Both the position numbers and the translations under genes were made by a program. Source: Verrucomicrobiota bacterium (lineage in GTDB: Bacteria; Verrucomicrobiota; Verrucomicrobiia; Limisphaerales; Palsa-1400). From it: DNA of 64,000 nucleotides. Below the pieces are notes generated by a model. That model had not been told where the DNA came from. It ran no database searches and was given only the letters and a program-made list of their open reading frames with translations. Positions 61,190 to 64,000 of the stretch are shown here, piece after piece. The DNA is taken from the NCBI GenBank assembly GCA_049513975.1, contig JBEKVM010000033.1, positions 3,788-67,787 of the forward strand. The letters run 5' to 3'. Within the stretch, counting starts at the first letter, position 1, and every line of letters begins with the position of its first letter.

Positions 61190-62233
61190 ATGAATGTTCG
61201 TAACTCCAAAGCGCCCGGAAGCGAAAGGGCGGAAACCGCCTCCGACACCTTTTTGCCCGAACCCAGCAATGGATTTGTCACGACGCCCTTTGTGGAGCAG
61301 ATCGCCAGGCGGGCCTTGACCTATTTGCAGGCCGGCTATCCCATCCATTTCGCCGGCGCCGCCGGCACCGGCAAGACCACCGTGGCCTTTCATGTCGCCG
61401 CGCAACTGGGCCGGCCCGTCTCGCTCATCCACGGGGACGATGACTTCGGCAGTTCGGACCTCGTCGGGCAGGACAGCGGCTACCGCAAGCACAAGGTCAT
61501 TGACAACTACATCCATTCGGTGGTCAAAACCGAGGAGGAGATGAAATCCCTCTGGCTGGAGAACCGCCTCACCACCGCCTGCCAGGACGGGGACACGCTG
61601 ATCTACGACGAATTCAACCGCTCGCGGCCTGAAGCCAACAATCCCTTCTTGAGCATTTTTTCCGAACGGATCCTCAACCTCCCCAAGCTGCGCCGCTCCG
61701 GCGGCGGCTACTTGCACGTGCATCCGCAATTCCACGCCATTTTCACCTCCAATCCGGAAGAATACGCGGGCGTCCATAAGACCCAGGACGCTTTGATGGA
61801 CCGCTTGATTACCATTCAACTGGAACACTACGACCGGGAGACGGAGATTGAGATCACCATTGCCCGCTCCGGCATCGGCCGGGCCGACGCCGAAATCATC
61901 GTGGACCTGGTGCGCCAGCTCCGGCGCGTCGGCGTGAGCAACAGCCGCCCGACCATCCGCGCCTGCATCGCCATCGCCCGCGTCCTGACTTTGCGCGGCG
62001 TGCATGCCCAGCCGGAGGATTCCATTTTCCAATGGGCCTGCCGGGATGTCCTCAGTTCGGAAACGGCCAAGGTGACTCGCGACGGCCGCTCCATCATGCC
62101 CCAGAAGGTGGAGGAAGCGTTGCTCGCCGGGCTGCGCGCCAACGCCCCCGCCATCCCGCCCATTTCCACCGGCCCGCGCCCGCGCCAGGCCACCAAGAAA
62201 GGAAACGGCGAATGCCTCCTCCAACACGAATGA
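61190..62233 (+). CDS. gvpN: Gas vesicle AAA+ ATPase GvpN
   Basis: FVEQIARRALTYLQAGYPIHFAGAAGTGKTTVAFHVAAQLGRP (Walker A), LIYDEFNRS (Walker B) and MDRLITI match the GvpN/CbbQ-like layout. ATG 61190 was preferred over TTG 61178. Confidence 0.9.
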   Translation: MNVRNSKAPGSERAETASDTFLPEPSNGFVTTPFVEQIARRALTYLQAGYPIHFAGAAGTGKTTVAFHVAAQLGRPVSLIHGDDDFGSSDLVGQDSGYRKHKVIDNYIHSVVKTEEEMKSLWLENRLTTACQDGDTLIYDEFNRSRPEANNPFLSIFSERILNLPKLRRSGGGYLHVHPQFHAIFTSNPEEYAGVHKTQDALMDRLITIQLEHYDRETEIEITIARSGIGRADAEIIVDLVRQLRRVGVSNSRPTIRACIAIARVLTLRGVHAQPEDSIFQWACRDVLSSETAKVTRDGRSIMPQKVEEALLAGLRANAPAIPPISTGPRPRQATKKGNGECLLQHE

Positions 62234-62547
62234 TTCGCGGCGTCAAAGACATCCGCACCCGTTCCGGCACGCCGGACCAGGTGATCGTCCCTTACAAGGC
62301 CTACATGGCCATCACCGCCCTGGAGATGGAAAAATTCCGGCGCGAAACGGAACGCGACAATCTCAGGCTCCGCTTGGACAACGTCAACACCCGCCTCCAG
62401 ACGGTGGCCTCGGAAAAAGCCGCCCTGTTGCAGCGCCTGGGCAAGGAAGCGCCCGACCGGCCCGCCCGGCGGCCGATCAAATCCTCCCGGCCAATCCGGG
62501 ATGGCTCCGCGGCGGGCCATGCCGGCGGATTCAAATTCCAGTATTGA
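62212..62547 (+). CDS. Small coiled-coil gas-vesicle accessory protein, possibly GvpV-like
   Basis: MPPPTRMIRGVKDIRTRSGTPDQVIVPYKAYMAITALEMEKFRRETERDNLRLRLDNVNTRLQ. The start overlaps the gvpN 3' end by 22 nt. Its position after gvpN matches gvpV in some clusters. The family call is from memory only. Confidence 0.45.
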   Translation: MPPPTRMIRGVKDIRTRSGTPDQVIVPYKAYMAITALEMEKFRRETERDNLRLRLDNVNTRLQTVASEKAALLQRLGKEAPDRPARRPIKSSRPIRDGSAAGHAGGFKFQY

Positions 62548-62571
62548 CCCTTTCGCCACGGAGTCAGAGCT

Positions 62572-63351
62572 ATGAACACGACTTCCGAATCCGGCCCGCC
62601 CCAAAGCGGAGAATACCTGTATGCCATCGCCGCCCTCGGCAAGGACCGCAGCTACGATGTGGCGGGCATTGACGGCGCCGCCGTGTATAGTGTCCACCAG
62701 GGCCGCGTGGCGGCGGTCGTGAGCGATTGCGCCCGCCAAAAACTGCGCCCGGAACGCGCCCACTTGGCGGCGCACAAAGAAGTCCTCGAGCGGCTGATGC
62801 TGGACAGCACAATCCTGCCGATGGCCTTCGGCACTATTGCCGGCGATGTGAAAGCGGTCCGGCGGCTGCTGGCGCTCAACCAGGAAGTCATTTTGGAACA
62901 ACTGGAGCGCGTCGCCGGCAAGGTCGAGATGGGCCTGCGCGTGAAGTGGGATGTGCCCAATATCTTCGAGTATTTCATTGATATTCACCCCGAACTGCGC
63001 GTCTTGCGCGACCGTTTGCTGGGCAACCAGCGCGAACCCCGCCAGGAGGACCGGATCGAACTGGGGCAACTGTTCGACCGCATCCTCAACGAGGACCGCG
63101 AAGCCCATTCTGAGAAGCTGGAGGAGGCGCTGGCGCCCTGTTGCGCCGAAATCAAGCGGTCGCCGCTGCGCAATGTCAACGAGGTGGCCAATCTCAATTG
63201 CCTGGCCGGACGCAACGAGCAAATGCAACTGGAAGGGGCGGTTTTCCAGGCCGCCCACCTGTTTGACAACAACTACGCCTTCGATCTGAACGGGCCGTGG
63301 GCGCCGCACAATTTCGTCGAGATGGACCTCAAACTCAACGGCCAAACGTGA
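62572..63351 (+). CDS. gvpF: Gas vesicle protein GvpF/GvpL family (second paralogue)
   Basis: YLYAIAAL...GRVAAVVSDC...LAAHKEVLERLMLDSTILPMAFGTI...EMGLRVKW...LNGPWAPHNF. Confidence 0.9.
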   Translation: MNTTSESGPPQSGEYLYAIAALGKDRSYDVAGIDGAAVYSVHQGRVAAVVSDCARQKLRPERAHLAAHKEVLERLMLDSTILPMAFGTIAGDVKAVRRLLALNQEVILEQLERVAGKVEMGLRVKWDVPNIFEYFIDIHPELRVLRDRLLGNQREPRQEDRIELGQLFDRILNEDREAHSEKLEEALAPCCAEIKRSPLRNVNEVANLNCLAGRNEQMQLEGAVFQAAHLFDNNYAFDLNGPWAPHNFVEMDLKLNGQT

Positions 63352-63364
63352 AGCGGTTTACCCC

Positions 63365-63622
63365 ATGTTCCTCCTGGACAAACTCCTTTTCTTTCCTGTC
63401 GGCGCCACCGTTTGGGCGGCCCGCCAGGTCCATCACGCCATCCAACAAGAACGAGCGGCGGAACCGGAGCGCATTACCGCCGACTTGAGCGAGCTTTACA
63501 TGATGCTGGAAACAGGCCGGCTTGCCGAAGCCGAATTTAACGCTCGCGAGAAAGAGCTGCTCGACCGGTTGGACTTGATTCAGGAGCGGGAAAAGGACTC
63601 CAACCGGACGAGTTCCAGATGA
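63365..63622 (+). CDS. gvpG: Gas vesicle protein GvpG
   Basis: MFLLDKLLFFPVGATVWAARQVHHAIQQE...ITADLSELYMMLETGRLAEAEFNAREKELLDRL is the typical GvpG sequence. Confidence 0.85.
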   Translation: MFLLDKLLFFPVGATVWAARQVHHAIQQERAAEPERITADLSELYMMLETGRLAEAEFNAREKELLDRLDLIQEREKDSNRTSSR

Positions 63623-64000
63623 GCGCGCCGACACCATCCTTCCTGGCGGACCAAGGGCTCAGACTCCTGCTCTTCGGCGGCAAGGGCGGAGTGGGAAAAA
63701 CCTCTTGTGCCACGGCGACCGCGCTGCAACTGGCCAGAGACTCTCCCGAAGCCGCCTTTCTTCTGGTATCCACGGATCCGGCCCACTCGGTGATGGACAG
63801 CCTGGCCGGAGCCATGCCGCCGCCCAACTTGCAGGTCACCGAACTGGACGCCCAGGCCTGCCTGGCCGCCTTCAAAGCCCGGCACGGCTCCAAGCTCTGC
63901 GCCATTGCCTCGCGGGGGACCTTTCTCGACCACTCCGACATCAGCCACTTTCTGGCTCTTTCCCTTCCGGGGTTGGACGAACTGATGGCTTCGCTGGAAA
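63619..64000 (+). CDS. ArsA/GET3-family P-loop ATPase (5' part; continues past the right window edge)
   Basis: MSAPTPSFLADQGLRLLLFGGKGGVGKTSCATATALQLA...LLVSTDPAHS is the deviant Walker A plus DPAHS motif of ArsA/Get3. ATGA overlap with gvpG. It is absent from the ORF track because no stop lies in the window. Confidence 0.8.
   Translation, partial: MSAPTPSFLADQGLRLLLFGGKGGVGKTSCATATALQLARDSPEAAFLLVSTDPAHSVMDSLAGAMPPPNLQVTELDAQACLAAFKARHGSKLCAIASRGTFLDHSDISHFLALSLPGLDELMASLE

Noticed and set aside
61828-63345. 505-aa minus-strand ORF
   Set aside because: It is antisense to the gvpN, gvpV-like and gvpF genes.

Overview
This is a visibly GC-rich 64-kb bacterial chromosomal segment. The gene content suggests a PVC-superphylum (Verrucomicrobiota-like) organism: Tat-signal Gfo/Idh/MocA oxidoreductases, an H-X9-DG-type prepilin-like protein, several BamB/PQQ-like beta-propellers, a BlaR1-M56 fusion protein, a TPR-sulfotransferase and dispersed short repeats. 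That taxonomic call is inference only. About 56 protein-coding genes are supportable. I found no rRNA, no intact tRNA and no CRISPR array. The left 49 kb carries housekeeping and accessory functions: sodA, a blaI/blaR1-like pair, two sugar-type oxidoreductases with a TIM-barrel isomerase, vapBC, envelope glycosylation genes, ymdB-xseA, a giant transglutaminase-like protein, a lysophospholipid-recycling/lipid cluster, hisDC, and a 7-gene minus-strand operon with a LuxE/LuxC-like pair beside a divergent marR. The right 14 kb (49.9-64 kb) is a gas-vesicle (gvp) locus and the most interesting part of the window. It holds gvpA, gvpN, two gvpF/L, gvpG and an ArsA-type ATPase. A complete NtrC/sigma-54 two-component circuit, a Cdc48-type AAA+ ATPase and an sHSP are interleaved with these genes. 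Two near-identical sigma-54 promoter + upstream-activator modules sit in front of gvpA and gvpN. The locus is interrupted by an AT-richer spacer with a 9-bp tandem array and a secreted phosphoesterase gene. Two genes look disrupted: a POT transporter with a frameshift and a TPR-sulfotransferase with an in-frame TAG. Several dispersed short-repeat families sit in intergenic DNA. 4-nt ATGA start/stop overlaps are pervasive. Many long ORFs in the supplied track are antisense shadow ORFs typical of GC-rich DNA and were rejected. All functional calls come from motif recognition by eye. No database search was possible.
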